From positions 449,687-490,320 of the forward strand of contig JAJYLR010000001.1 of NCBI GenBank assembly GCA_021787535.1: a stretch of DNA of 40,634 nt. Direction: 5' to 3'. The position numbers were made by a program, and so were the translations under genes. Position 1 is the first letter of the stretch. Every line of letters begins with the position of its first letter. This document shows positions 25,718 through 36,057 of this stretch, piece after piece. This stretch comes from a bacterium. Lineage in GTDB: Bacteria > Patescibacteriota > CPR2 > UBA1875 > JAJYID01. The notes beneath the pieces were generated by a model. It was not told the origin of the DNA, ran no database searches, and was given only the letters and a program-made list of their open reading frames with translations.

Positions 25718-26911
25718 ATGGTTGAGAATCGCAAGCACAAGCAGAGCAAAAGAACTTACGAGCCAAAGATAACAGAAATAGAAAGGATGGTTTGTGCTTT
25801 TCGTGATGCCCATGGCCATGAAAAAATAATGAGGGTAATAAAACAGATTACGAAAAATATAGATACTCATGAGCCACTGCAAACAAAGCAGGTGAAATCC
25901 CAAAAAAATCAAAAAGAACCGAAGATTGCTGAACTTGAAAAAATTTTTAGATTATTTGAGCGAGACCACGGCCGTGAAAAGCTAATGCATTCCCTGAAAG
26001 AAGCTGCCGGTTCTTCTGAATATAATAAAAAATCTGCACTGCCTGAACATGTTATCTATAACGGAAACGAAACGATTGCCACTGCGACCTCTAAAATAAA
26101 GCGCTTTTTGAATACCTTAAAAACGGTCAAGAATTTAGCGGCCAGATATTTCAAAGGATGTAAAAATGCCATGAAGAAGAGGCGATATCGCTATCCAGTG
26201 GGAATCCTGAGCCTTTTTCTTATCATTTACATTCTTTTTAATATACCAGTAATCTATAGCAGGATAAGTTGGCATAAGCCGGAGGATACGCAAAAACTTA
26301 TTGTGACAACACAGGAGGTAGTCCAGGAAAAAATGGCGGACTCCGCCGCCTTGGCTCCTGGAGAAGCCATCCCAAACCAAAGTACTATCATAATTCCAAA
26401 AATAAGTGTCAGGGCGCCGATTATTTATGCGGATACTACAGATGAAAACAAGGTACATGATGAGCTCCATGATGGGGTTGTACATTATTCCGGCACCGCC
26501 ATGCCGGGTGAGGTGGGCAACTCTTTTATTACCGGCCACAGTTCGAACTACTGGTGGGATACGGGAAAATATAACTATATTTTTGTGAATCTGGATCGGC
26601 TTGAACCTGGCGACAAGGTTATTACTTATTACAATGGGAAAAAGTTTGTCTACACTGTAAGAGATAAAATAGTGGTTGAACCGACGGATATGAGTGTCCT
26701 AGCGTCTGCAGACACTCCTGTCTTAAGTCTTATGACTTGCACGCCTCCGGGAACAAGCTGGAAACGCTTAGTAGTACGTCTTGACCTCACTGATCCTGTC
26801 TACCATAAACCGACAACCGTCACAAAAGAAAAGGTTGTGGAAGTACCGAGACCTAAGGAACAAAAAAAGGGTCTCCTGGGCCAGCTTCTTTCCCTAATAT
26901 TACCTAATTAG
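25718..26911 (+). CDS. Sortase with extended N-terminal cytoplasmic region
   Basis: IIIPKI.V.API, GVVHY.GT..PGE.GN..ITGHS, LMTCTPPG....RLVV (His/Cys/Arg); promoter TTGACT-N17-TAGAAT. Confidence 0.93.
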   Translation: MVENRKHKQSKRTYEPKITEIERMVCAFRDAHGHEKIMRVIKQITKNIDTHEPLQTKQVKSQKNQKEPKIAELEKIFRLFERDHGREKLMHSLKEAAGSSEYNKKSALPEHVIYNGNETIATATSKIKRFLNTLKTVKNLAARYFKGCKNAMKKRRYRYPVGILSLFLIIYILFNIPVIYSRISWHKPEDTQKLIVTTQEVVQEKMADSAALAPGEAIPNQSTIIIPKISVRAPIIYADTTDENKVHDELHDGVVHYSGTAMPGEVGNSFITGHSSNYWWDTGKYNYIFVNLDRLEPGDKVITYYNGKKFVYTVRDKIVVEPTDMSVLASADTPVLSLMTCTPPGTSWKRLVVRLDLTDPVYHKPTTVTKEKVVEVPRPKEQKKGLLGQLLSLILPN

Positions 26912-28320
26912 AACTTTACCTTATACCTGGATAGTTCGGACTGATTATTGGCGATTTTTGAAAAAAATAAAATATCGCCGTTATCAGAGGAAAAGAAGGG
27001 ACGAATGTTCGCGTCAGCATTACCAAGCGTTACACAATTTGTCTCATCAAAATCCATGACAACAATGTGACTGCCTTGCTCACCTAAAATATGGCGCGAG
27101 TCATACCACATTAGATTATGATATGAACCCTCTGGCATAATATATTCAGTGCTTGATTTTTGAATATCATTATTTTCAAAAACAGTCACCTTACCGTTTC
27201 CAATATATAATAGGCGGCTGCCATCCGGCGACCATGAAAAATCAGAAACGTTTTTGGCAAATGTAATCAGCATATTTTTACCCTCTGTACTCGTAATCAG
27301 ATACAAAGTATTATCAGCTGTTTTGAGAGCAACTTGCTGGCTCTGCGTTTCAATCTTTGCTGCATAAGACGGGCTGGAAGGAATACTGTCTGCCAGAATA
27401 TTTTTCCCGCTTAAGTCGCCATTGGCCTGTAGAAATGATCTTTGTCCGGAATTATCTTTAACATAATAAATTTTGCCGTCATCACCAAAAGCAAAATATA
27501 GAACTTGAGTTTCCATGATCGTCGAAACTGTATTTGTCCGCAAATTAATATTGACCAAAGATCCGCCGGACAAGCCATACAAAAGATCGCTATTTGCCGG
27601 GTCAAAGGCCAGTTGGTCAAATTTGTCAGCGGTAATAGCCGATAAATCCAGCAAACTTTTCGAATCAGTATTTAAAACGAATAATTTATCCTGTCCGCCA
27701 ACTTGGCCTTTAAAAAGCACCAGCCGCTTGTCTTTGGACCAATCAAGCAGCAAAATTCCCGTAATTTTTTTGTCGGGAGTGAGAGCGGCCGTATCAAAGA
27801 TTTTTTTGTTTTCGCCTGTTGAGTCGTTAAAAAGCGAGAAAGTATATGTATCGCCCGCCTGAGTCAGAAAAAACTGAGCTTTGCTATCTTGAGAGGTTAA
27901 ACTGCCGGCAAGATTTCCTTGAATACTTTTACTTTCGACTACCGGATTTTTAGGAAAAAGCAAAACGTAGTTAGCCCATGTAACCATTTCCGGCTGTATT
28001 AAAACATCCTTTTCCCATGAGAAATAGCCGTCTTTTGTGAGCTTCAGATGATATTTTTTCTTCCACAGATGGTCTAGTTTAACCGAAAAGAATCCTGTCG
28101 TTTTACCCGTATCTTTAGCGTTCAGAAAAATCTTGGAGCCCGTAGGTTTTGAACTTATGATCAACATCCCTGTTCTCTGAAATGTAATGCCATCAAGTCC
28201 AAAGCTTATAGCATAACCCTTAGCAGAAAGGATGAAGAAAAAGCTCAATAATACAAAAAAAACTGCCGCCAAAGGATATATTAAAAACCAATAAATTTTT
28301 CGTCTTTCAACCTTAATCAC
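26908..28320 (-). CDS. Membrane-anchored PEGA-domain protein with beta-propeller-like repeats
   Basis: N-terminal TM; TG.L.ISSKP.G.KIFLN...Y.L.L.KDGYFSW.K.V; WSKD and FSWSPDG propeller motifs. Confidence 0.85.
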   Translation of the reverse strand: MIKVERRKIYWFLIYPLAAVFFVLLSFFFILSAKGYAISFGLDGITFQRTGMLIISSKPTGSKIFLNAKDTGKTTGFFSVKLDHLWKKKYHLKLTKDGYFSWEKDVLIQPEMVTWANYVLLFPKNPVVESKSIQGNLAGSLTSQDSKAQFFLTQAGDTYTFSLFNDSTGENKKIFDTAALTPDKKITGILLLDWSKDKRLVLFKGQVGGQDKLFVLNTDSKSLLDLSAITADKFDQLAFDPANSDLLYGLSGGSLVNINLRTNTVSTIMETQVLYFAFGDDGKIYYVKDNSGQRSFLQANGDLSGKNILADSIPSSPSYAAKIETQSQQVALKTADNTLYLITSTEGKNMLITFAKNVSDFSWSPDGSRLLYIGNGKVTVFENNDIQKSSTEYIMPEGSYHNLMWYDSRHILGEQGSHIVVMDFDETNCVTLGNADANIRPFFSSDNGDILFFSKIANNQSELSRYKVKF

Positions 28321-28448
28321 AGAGGCAATTATACATCGAATGAGCTAATTTGTAAACGCGGGAAGGCATAAAAACTTTAGAAAATAAATCTACCAGCCGG
28401 AAAACATATGTGCTATAATCAGTCCTGTTTAAATAGGAATTTCACTAA

Positions 28449-29705
28449 ATGTCTAAACTTCAAATAAATGGCCCTGCTAGGTTAAAGGGAGAAGTAAAGA
28501 TTAGCGGCTCTAAAAACGCCGCTCTTCCCATTATTGCCGCAACTCTTTTAACTCGAGGCAAGAATATAATTGAAAATATACCTGACATTACCGATATTCA
28601 TGACCTTTTAAAGATTGTCGAAAAGCTCGGCGGAAAAATTAAATTTCAAAATAACATACTAGAAATCGATAACAGTTTGATTAACGGCCACGATCCTGAC
28701 AAAGACCTGGTGCGAAAAATTCGCGCCTCAGTCTTACTGCTCGGACCGCTCCTTGCCAGAAATAAAAAAGTAAAAATGTCCGCGCCGGGCGGATGTTTTA
28801 TCGGCAACAGGCCGCTTGATGATATTTTTAATCTCTTTGAACAGTTCGGCGCAACAATTCAAGAAAAAGGAGACATTTATGATTTTAATGTTAAAGCATT
28901 AAAAGGGGCTGATATTATTCTCCGGCACATGAGTGTCACGGCAACTGAGAATGCCATTATGGCCGCGGTAATGGCTGAAGGAAAGACGATCATTCGCTTG
29001 GCAGCCTGCGAACCCCATGTCCGGGATTTATGCAGATTTTTAAATAAAATGGGAGCGAAAATTTCCGGCATCGGAACAAATGAACTGAAAATAGAAGGCG
29101 TTAAAGACTTGAAGCCGGTAAGATATAAGATCGTTTCCGATGAGATAGAAGCAGCTACATACATCATAGCCGCTGCAGCGACAGGCAGTGAAATTACAAT
29201 AAAAAATATTGAAACTGCTACAATCGAGTATTCAATATTCTCGAAGTTTAAAGAAGCCGGTGTAATTTTGGAGATAGGTAAAGACTTTATTCATGTCAAA
29301 AGGAGTACTCGCATCGTGCCGGTCAAGAAACTCTGGACCGCTCCTTGTCCGCATTTCCCGAGTGATCTCCAAGCGCCTTTTGCCGTACTTATGACCCAGT
29401 CAGACGGCTCAACCTTGGTTCATGAGACAATGTATGAAGGACGGCTGAACTATATTAAGGAATTAAAGAGAATGGGAGCAAATGCCTCTATACTTGACCC
29501 GCATCGAGCAGTTATAATAGGGCCAACCACTCTTTACGGCAAAAAAATTACCAGCTTAGACTTAAGAGCCGGTGCCACCTTAATCATCGCCGCCTTGGTT
29601 GCAAACGGTCAGAGTGAAATTATCAATGCAGAAATCATCGACAGAGGTTATGAAAATATTGTAGAAAAGTTCCAGAAACTTGGAGCTATCATAAAGAGGA
29701 TGTGA
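28449..29705 (+). CDS. murA: UDP-N-acetylglucosamine 1-carboxyvinyltransferase
   Basis: ISGSKNAALP, RAS, PGGCFIG.RP (active-site Cys), SVTATEN, FPSDLQ, DLRAGA, IDRGYE. Confidence 0.97.
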   Translation: MSKLQINGPARLKGEVKISGSKNAALPIIAATLLTRGKNIIENIPDITDIHDLLKIVEKLGGKIKFQNNILEIDNSLINGHDPDKDLVRKIRASVLLLGPLLARNKKVKMSAPGGCFIGNRPLDDIFNLFEQFGATIQEKGDIYDFNVKALKGADIILRHMSVTATENAIMAAVMAEGKTIIRLAACEPHVRDLCRFLNKMGAKISGIGTNELKIEGVKDLKPVRYKIVSDEIEAATYIIAAAATGSEITIKNIETATIEYSIFSKFKEAGVILEIGKDFIHVKRSTRIVPVKKLWTAPCPHFPSDLQAPFAVLMTQSDGSTLVHETMYEGRLNYIKELKRMGANASILDPHRAVIIGPTTLYGKKITSLDLRAGATLIIAALVANGQSEIINAEIIDRGYENIVEKFQKLGAIIKRM

Positions 29706-29709
29706 TTAA

Positions 29710-30711
29710 ATGTTACAAAGCAGAATAGGAATAGATCTAGGGACAGCCAATGTACTCGTTTATGTTCCCAAAAAGGGAATAGTTATAAACGAGCCGTCTG
29801 TCGTGGCGGTAAGCGAGGATAATAAGATTCTTGCAGTAGGAGAAGAGGCCAAGGAAATGGTAGGCCGAACTCCGGAGTCAATCACTGCTTACCGTCCGCT
29901 TCGAGACGGAGTGATTGCCGACTACCGCGTCACCGAGTCTATGATCCGCCATTTTATAAACAAAGTTTCCGGCGGCGTGCGACTTTTCCGCCCTGAGGTG
30001 ATGATAAGCGTTCCGGCCGGCGCTACATCTACAGAAAAAAGGGCGGTAATAGACGCCACCAAACAAGCCGGGGCTAAGGCCGCATATATTATCCCGGAAC
30101 CGATCGCGGCGGCTCTCGGTGCTGAAATACCTATAGATACACCGGCCGGAAATCTCATAGTCGATATCGGCGGGGGAACTACGGAAGTGTCAATATTATC
30201 GCTTGGCGGAATAGTTGCTTCAAGTTCTGTAAGAGTAGGAGGCGACAAACTTGACCAAGCCATTTCTGACTACATTCGAAAAAAATACGGTCTCGCTGTC
30301 GGCGATAAAACGGCCGAGGAAATTAAAATTGCTATTGGCAGCGCCGTACCTCTCAAAAAAGAAAAAGAATACGAAATCAGAGGCCGTGATATGCTTCAAG
30401 GTCTACCAAAAACCATTACCGTTAACTCAACCGAAATTACAGAAGCCCTGCAAGTCCAGCTCGAGAAAATAATATTGTCTATCCGAAGCGTGCTTGAGAA
30501 AACTCCTCCGGAACTGGCGAGCGATGTTCTGGATCGCGGCATGATTATGACCGGCGGCAGCTCTCGGCTTAAAAATCTTGATAAACTTATTTCGAAGGCC
30601 ACCGGCGTAGCTGTAGCTATCGCCGACGAATCTCATCTCTGCGTAGCCAAAGGCACCGGTCTGGCCCTCGAAAACCTGGATGATTACAAAAAAAGCTCTT
30701 TGTGGAAATAA
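29710..30711 (+). CDS. mreB: Rod shape-determining protein MreB/Mbl
   Basis: IGIDLGTAN, INEPSVVA, RPLRDGVIAD, VDIGGGTT, EKTPPEL. Confidence 0.97.
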   Translation: MLQSRIGIDLGTANVLVYVPKKGIVINEPSVVAVSEDNKILAVGEEAKEMVGRTPESITAYRPLRDGVIADYRVTESMIRHFINKVSGGVRLFRPEVMISVPAGATSTEKRAVIDATKQAGAKAAYIIPEPIAAALGAEIPIDTPAGNLIVDIGGGTTEVSILSLGGIVASSSVRVGGDKLDQAISDYIRKKYGLAVGDKTAEEIKIAIGSAVPLKKEKEYEIRGRDMLQGLPKTITVNSTEITEALQVQLEKIILSIRSVLEKTPPELASDVLDRGMIMTGGSSRLKNLDKLISKATGVAVAIADESHLCVAKGTGLALENLDDYKKSSLWK

Positions 30712-30718
30712 CACCCTC

Positions 30719-30746
30719 TGTCATTCCCGCCCACCGGGAATCCAGG
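30719..30746 (+). repeat. REP-like repeat copy
   Basis: TGTCATTCCCG...CGGGAATCCAG. Confidence 0.6.
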
Positions 30747-30774
30747 AATTTAGCTGAATAAACGAGTAAAAAAG

Positions 30775-31434
30775 ATGAAATTAATATTAGCTTCTCAAGG
30801 ATTAAATAACCAAACCATAGCAAATTCATTATTTGAACTGGCCGGAAAAAAGCCGGAAGAAATTAAACTTTCATTCGTGCCAACCGCCGCAAATCTTTAT
30901 AATGGCGGGAAAAGCTGGTTTATAAAAGATTTAGCCAATATAGACAAATATGATTTTGCAGAGATCGATATTGTAGATATCTCTGCTTTACCGAAAAAGC
31001 TCTGGAAGCCCAGACTCGAAAAGGCAGATATAATCTTTGTTGAGGGAGGTGATCCATTTTACTTGATGGGATGGATTAAGAAAACAGGTCTAGACAAACT
31101 ACTCCCAGAGCTCTTAAAAACTAGAATTTATGTCGGCAGCAGTTCGGGAGGAATTGTACTGGGCCAAAAAATCCCGGAAAAATGCAGAGAACTATATGAA
31201 AGTGACCCCCAAAATCAGGGCAATATTGATGGCCTTGGTATAGTAAATTTGACTTTCCTATCACATTATTATGAAGAAGGATTTCCACTTACTTTGACTA
31301 ACGAAGTTGCAACAGAATTAGCGAAGGAACTAGGCACCGAAATTTACGCAATTGACGACCAAACTGCAATTGTAATAAACGGAGACCACCTCAAAGTAGT
31401 CACCGAAGGTAAGTGGAAAAAGTTTTCACCTTAA
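30775..31434 (+). CDS. Peptidase E (S51) family protein
   Basis: L.LAS.G, FVPTA, DIIFV.GGD, YVGSSSG nucleophile elbow, GLG.V, HY, YAIDD.TA. Confidence 0.88.
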   Translation: MKLILASQGLNNQTIANSLFELAGKKPEEIKLSFVPTAANLYNGGKSWFIKDLANIDKYDFAEIDIVDISALPKKLWKPRLEKADIIFVEGGDPFYLMGWIKKTGLDKLLPELLKTRIYVGSSSGGIVLGQKIPEKCRELYESDPQNQGNIDGLGIVNLTFLSHYYEEGFPLTLTNEVATELAKELGTEIYAIDDQTAIVINGDHLKVVTEGKWKKFSP

Positions 31435-31457
31435 AACTCTAAACTGAATTTACTGCT

Positions 31458-31549
31458 ACTACACTAATACAGTTTAGCGTAGTGAATTTTCTACATTAAA
31501 TTTAACTAAGCAGAGATTGATCTGGTACACTAAACCAGTTTAGTGTACC
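31458..31549. repeat. Two related palindromes
   Basis: TACACTAATACAGTTTAGCGTA and GGTACACTAAACCAGTTTAGTGTACC. Confidence 0.6.
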
Positions 31550-31621
31550 GGCCTGCATAAAACTCGATTAAAAAATTGTTAACTGTTTACTGTTATCTGT
31601 TATTTTTCTATAATAAGAATT

Positions 31622-32599
31622 ATGAAAAAACTTTTTGTGGAAGATTTGAAGGCCGGCGACAGTGTTTTCGGCGAACTCTTTGCGGTAAAAAATTATAAAA
31701 AAACCGCCACCAGAAACAACCGACCATATATCGACATCACACTTTCCGACAAAACCGGATCTATCAAAGGCAAAATCTGGTCTGACGACATGCCAAACTG
31801 CGAGAACGTGGAAGAAGCTGATGTGGTAAGCGTGTCAGCCAGCATCGAAGACTTTAACGGCGCGCCGCAGGCCAAGATCACAAATATGAGCAAGGTGGAT
31901 AAATACGATCTCACTGATTTCCAGCCGTCAACCGACAAAGATATAGAGAAAATGTTTGCCGAAATTACGGATGCGGCAAACGGCATCAAAAACCCGCAGC
32001 TGAAAAAGCTGCTTCAGGAATTTTTGAGCGACAAAGATACGGTTGAGAAATTTAAGCGCGGCGCAGGGGGATATACCGTTCACCATGACTATCTGGGCGG
32101 ACTTCTGGACCACACTACTGAGATGCTCAGTTATGTGCCGGCCATTACCAAAACTCATCCGAAAATTAACAGAGACATACTAGTTACCGGAGTTATCCTT
32201 CACGACATCGGCAAAATCCATGAGTATGAAGTCTCGACATCAATTGTTATTACACCAAAACTGAAACTTCTGGGACATATTTTTATGGGCGCCGAGATGG
32301 TCAAAAGATATGGCGAGAAGGCAGGAGTAGATGAAGATCTGCTTGATGAAGTTTTGCATATGATCCTGGCTCATCAAGGGAGAATAGAGTTCGGAAGTCC
32401 CGTACTTCCCAAAACCCCCGAAGCTATGGTACTCTATAGATTGGATGACATGTCGGCCAAACTAAATACTGCTTTTAAGCTTCTGAAATCCAGTGAAGAA
32501 AACGACGATCTTTTTACAAGTTTCCAGCGCAACTTAGAGACAGAACTGTATAGATCGCCTTACAGCGACGATTTAACAAACGAAGATATACCTTTCTGA
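31622..32599 (+). CDS. yhaM: YhaM-like 3'-5' exoribonuclease (OB-fold + HD)
   Basis: L.DKTG.I..KIW; HHDY.GGL..HT, LHDIGK..EY, L.GHI, HMILAH.G..E.GSP..P.TPEA. Confidence 0.92.
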   Translation: MKKLFVEDLKAGDSVFGELFAVKNYKKTATRNNRPYIDITLSDKTGSIKGKIWSDDMPNCENVEEADVVSVSASIEDFNGAPQAKITNMSKVDKYDLTDFQPSTDKDIEKMFAEITDAANGIKNPQLKKLLQEFLSDKDTVEKFKRGAGGYTVHHDYLGGLLDHTTEMLSYVPAITKTHPKINRDILVTGVILHDIGKIHEYEVSTSIVITPKLKLLGHIFMGAEMVKRYGEKAGVDEDLLDEVLHMILAHQGRIEFGSPVLPKTPEAMVLYRLDDMSAKLNTAFKLLKSSEENDDLFTSFQRNLETELYRSPYSDDLTNEDIPF

Positions 32600-32673
32600 A
32601 AATTTTCAATTTCTAATCTTTAATAAAATTCCAATTTACTAATTTAAGATTCCGAACAAGCCAGAAAGGATAA

Positions 32674-33360
32674 ATGGAGGGCAGGTTGTACTGCGATAAA
32701 TGCAAAAAAGAACAGGAAACGATCACTATAGCCGGCAAAACATATTGCGCGAGCTGTTCTACTGTTTTAAATGAAAAAAAAATTCCATCAGAAGATCTGC
32801 CGAAACATAAAACGCCGAAACCTGAGGCAACTGCAAATGGGATTAAGACTGAGTATCCAGAAAACTATCGGCAGAAAATTGACCCAGAACTAAAAAACTA
32901 CGCCAAGACCTTACCGGTTACTCCGGATCAGAAAGATGAGCTTGAAGGAAGCGCGATCTTGCTTGATATTTTAAAAGATAACGCAAAAGAAAAAACCGAT
33001 GAAAAAACCTTAAATCAGGATAAAAATCTAGAAGAAGCAAGTGATGCCGTACTGGATATTTTAAGTTCTCCCGGACAAGAAAGGCCAAAGGAAAAGAGAT
33101 CTTTTACGCCCAAACCGAATGGCATAGCAATGAATGATATCAGACCTAATGATCAATTAAGAAATAAGGAACATTTACAGAAAAAACATAAGGAAATTTT
33201 GAGATCAGCAGAAGACGAGATTAAAGACGAAGCTGAGCAATTTGCCAGGATAGTCTCGAGCCAAAGCGGTTATACTAGAGAATACGATATGATGATTATG
33301 ACTATAGCTATAGCAGCACTTGCCGCGATAGTTATGGCAATTTATTTAACATTTAAGTAA
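32674..33360 (+). CDS. Hypothetical protein with N-terminal zinc ribbon and C-terminal TM anchor
   Basis: CDKC...CASC; charged low-complexity middle; hydrophobic C-terminus; SD AAAGGA. Confidence 0.75.
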   Translation: MEGRLYCDKCKKEQETITIAGKTYCASCSTVLNEKKIPSEDLPKHKTPKPEATANGIKTEYPENYRQKIDPELKNYAKTLPVTPDQKDELEGSAILLDILKDNAKEKTDEKTLNQDKNLEEASDAVLDILSSPGQERPKEKRSFTPKPNGIAMNDIRPNDQLRNKEHLQKKHKEILRSAEDEIKDEAEQFARIVSSQSGYTREYDMMIMTIAIAALAAIVMAIYLTFK

Positions 33361-33458
33361 ATGCGAAAGATGAGGAATTGTATAAAATGTTAGAAATAAT
33401 AAACAATTCCATCAAGTGAGACAATCAAACAACTCTAACGTTTACAACGGAGCTAATA

Positions 33459-33812
33459 ATGACTGATGAAAAGTGGGAAGATTTAAAGGAAAATATCAGA
33501 GAAAAGTTTAAGGTACTGGAAGAAAAAACAGAGCCGGATATTATGACAGATGATATTGGCAATGAAATAAAGGGTGAGAAGGACATCATAATCTTCGAAG
33601 GGCCGGCCGGCAAAATGAAAGTAACTAAAACAAAGCGTCCGGTTATTCTAGATAAAAAATCTCATTATCATAAAACTCAAGCCGGCAAAGCTTTGATCGA
33701 ATATATCGTCTCAGACACAGAGTTTACGAACAAGCTTGAAGTGTTCTCGTGGGATGAACTCGCACAGAAATGGAAAGAAATCGACACTCGAGGCGGCAGT
33801 ATAAGTTTCTAA
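33459..33812 (+). CDS. Hypothetical protein
   Basis: 117-aa ORF with SD GGAG and normal composition. Confidence 0.75.
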   Translation: MTDEKWEDLKENIREKFKVLEEKTEPDIMTDDIGNEIKGEKDIIIFEGPAGKMKVTKTKRPVILDKKSHYHKTQAGKALIEYIVSDTEFTNKLEVFSWDELAQKWKEIDTRGGSISF

Positions 33813-33995
33813 TAAAAATAAATTCAGGAATCTTTGATACTCTACTTGTTTTTGTAATATTTTTGGTTCTAAGATTATGCGAAAATCGTTCGGTTTTGGC
33901 TATCACCTTTTGTAAACAAGCAATATTAGACAAAAAATGTTAAAATAGAAAATAGCGAAATCGAAATTAGTTTAAATAATAAATAAAGGAAAAAT

Positions 33996-34496
33996 ATGAA
34001 AAATCCAAACCAACGCATAGCAATTTTTATAGATGTACAGAACCTATATTATTCAGCCAGAGCTTTGTATGAGAAAAAGGTAAACTTCGGTGAAGTATTA
34101 AAGCTGGGAACAGCCGACCGCCAGCTCATCCGGGCTATCGCCTATACCATCCGAGCTGAGTCACCGGAAGAACAGTCATTTTTCGATGCTCTTGAAAAGC
34201 TAGGATTCGAAGTGAAATCGAAAGACCTGCAAACCTTTGCCGGCGGGCATAAAAAAGGCGACTGGGATGTAGGCATAGCCGTAGACATGCTGAAAATGGC
34301 GCCCAAACTCGACGCTGTTATTCTGTGCTCCGGCGACGGCGACTTCGCAGACCTTCTGCATCACACAAAAGCCGAGGGTTGCCGGGCCGAAGTTATTTCA
34401 TTCGGACGAAGCACTTCACAAAAGTTGATTGATGAAGCAGACGACTTTACAGATCTTGACCAGATAAAACAAAAAGTATTATTAAACAAACGATAA
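33996..34496 (+). CDS. NYN domain protein (LabA/DUF88 family)
   Basis: IFIDVQNLY, KGDWDVGIAVD, SGDGDF, L...AD.F.DL. Confidence 0.93.
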   Translation: MKNPNQRIAIFIDVQNLYYSARALYEKKVNFGEVLKLGTADRQLIRAIAYTIRAESPEEQSFFDALEKLGFEVKSKDLQTFAGGHKKGDWDVGIAVDMLKMAPKLDAVILCSGDGDFADLLHHTKAEGCRAEVISFGRSTSQKLIDEADDFTDLDQIKQKVLLNKR

Positions 34497-34503
34497 TATC
34501 TTC

Positions 34504-34592
34504 TGTTATCCTGAACTTGACTGAAGGATCTATATAAAAAACTGGATTCCGGATCAACTGATTATAATTTAAAAGAATAGTCCGGAATGACA
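34504..34592. repeat. Inverted pair of REP-like repeats
   Basis: TGTTATCCTGAACTTG...GGATCT followed by TGGATTCCGGATCAA...GTCCGGAATGACA. Confidence 0.6.
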
Positions 34593-34596
34593 ATCA

Positions 34597-36057
34597 ATGA
34601 TACACAATACACAATACACAATACACAATACTGTTAAGACACGTTTTGCACCATCACCCACAGGAAAACCGCATGTTGGAAACATACGGACGGCTATTTT
34701 TAATTATCTGCACGCAAAGGCAAAAGGAGGCAAATTTATCCTTCGCATTGAAGACACTGACCGTGAAAGATTTATCCCTGATGCGATTAACTATATTGAG
34801 AAGTCATTAAAATGGCTGGGGCTAGTTTGGGATAATGAAGAAAAAATCCATCAGTCCGAGCGGCTGGATATTTATCAAAAACATGCCGATCAGCTGCTTA
34901 AAGCAGGAAAGGCATACAAATGCTTTTGCTCGAAAGAACGGCTAGCAAAGCTTCGCGAAGAGCAGGCGGCAAAGAAAGTCGCGCCGGGTTACGACGCCTG
35001 CTGCCGAAAACTAACGAAAGAAGATATCGGGAAATTAGAACAAGAGGGTAAAACCTCGGTTATCAGATTTAAGGTACCGGACAATCCAAAAGAAGTGATC
35101 TGGGACGATACTATCCGTGGCAAGGTTTCTATCCGCACCGACATCCAGGAAGATTTTATTATCTTGAAGTCCGATGGATATCCGACATATCACTTCGCAA
35201 ATGTTATCGATGACCATCTCATGGAGATATCTACAGTCATAAGAGGCGAAGAGTGGATACCTTCCACACCAAAGCATATCCTGCTTTATATGTCCTTCGG
35301 TTGGCAGCCGCCGGAGTTTGCCCATATGCCGCTCATTATTGGGAGCGATGGTAAAAAACTCGGCAAAAGGCACGGCGACACGGCTATTATGGATTATCTG
35401 GACAAAGGATATCTTGCCGACTCAATGCTAAACTTTCTAGCGCTCCTCGGCTGGAACGACGGAACAACGCAGGAAATTTTCACCCGCGAAGAACTTGAGA
35501 AAAAGTTCGACTTGGGAAGAGTGGGCAAGGCGCCGTCTGTCTTTGATATTGAAAAATTGAATTGGATAAACGGCGAGAAAATCAGAGCTATGCAAATCGA
35601 CGATTTAGTGAAAGAAGTGGCAAATTTCGATCCCGTCTTTATGAAGAATAAAGATACAAACCTGTTTCAAAGAGCGCTGGCTGTTATGCAAACAAGAATG
35701 GTAACATTAAGAGATTTTACTGAAAATTCCAATTACTTTTTTGCAATACCAAAGTACGACCCCGGACTTTTAGTCTTCAAAAAATCTGACAAGGGTCTGA
35801 CCCTTGCAGGGTTGAAGGGTGTCTTGGAATTTTTGGGACAAACCAAAGAAATAAAGAGTCCCAAAGACGCAGACAAGATTATGAAAGAAGCAGTTGACTC
35901 ACAGAATTTATCAAACGGCGATGTTTTCTGGCCGGTGAGAGCCGCGCTTTCCGGCCAAGAAAAGAGCCCTTCTCCGGGAGAAATCATGTGGGCGCTGGGT
36001 CAGGAAAAATCAAAAGAAAGGTTGGAGACAGCTATTAAAATGCTGAAAAATCCATGA
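34597..36057 (+). CDS. gltX: Glutamate--tRNA ligase
   Basis: TRFAPSPTG.PHVGN, LRIEDTD, YKCFC, D.IILKSDGYPTY, KKLGKR (KMSKS-like). Confidence 0.98.
   Translation: MIHNTQYTIHNTVKTRFAPSPTGKPHVGNIRTAIFNYLHAKAKGGKFILRIEDTDRERFIPDAINYIEKSLKWLGLVWDNEEKIHQSERLDIYQKHADQLLKAGKAYKCFCSKERLAKLREEQAAKKVAPGYDACCRKLTKEDIGKLEQEGKTSVIRFKVPDNPKEVIWDDTIRGKVSIRTDIQEDFIILKSDGYPTYHFANVIDDHLMEISTVIRGEEWIPSTPKHILLYMSFGWQPPEFAHMPLIIGSDGKKLGKRHGDTAIMDYLDKGYLADSMLNFLALLGWNDGTTQEIFTREELEKKFDLGRVGKAPSVFDIEKLNWINGEKIRAMQIDDLVKEVANFDPVFMKNKDTNLFQRALAVMQTRMVTLRDFTENSNYFFAIPKYDPGLLVFKKSDKGLTLAGLKGVLEFLGQTKEIKSPKDADKIMKEAVDSQNLSNGDVFWPVRAALSGQEKSPSPGEIMWALGQEKSKERLETAIKMLKNP
34600..34631 (+). repeat. (ATACACA)4.5 tandem heptamer within the gltX 5' end
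   Basis: Four perfect units plus ATAC directly after the ATG. Confidence 0.9.
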
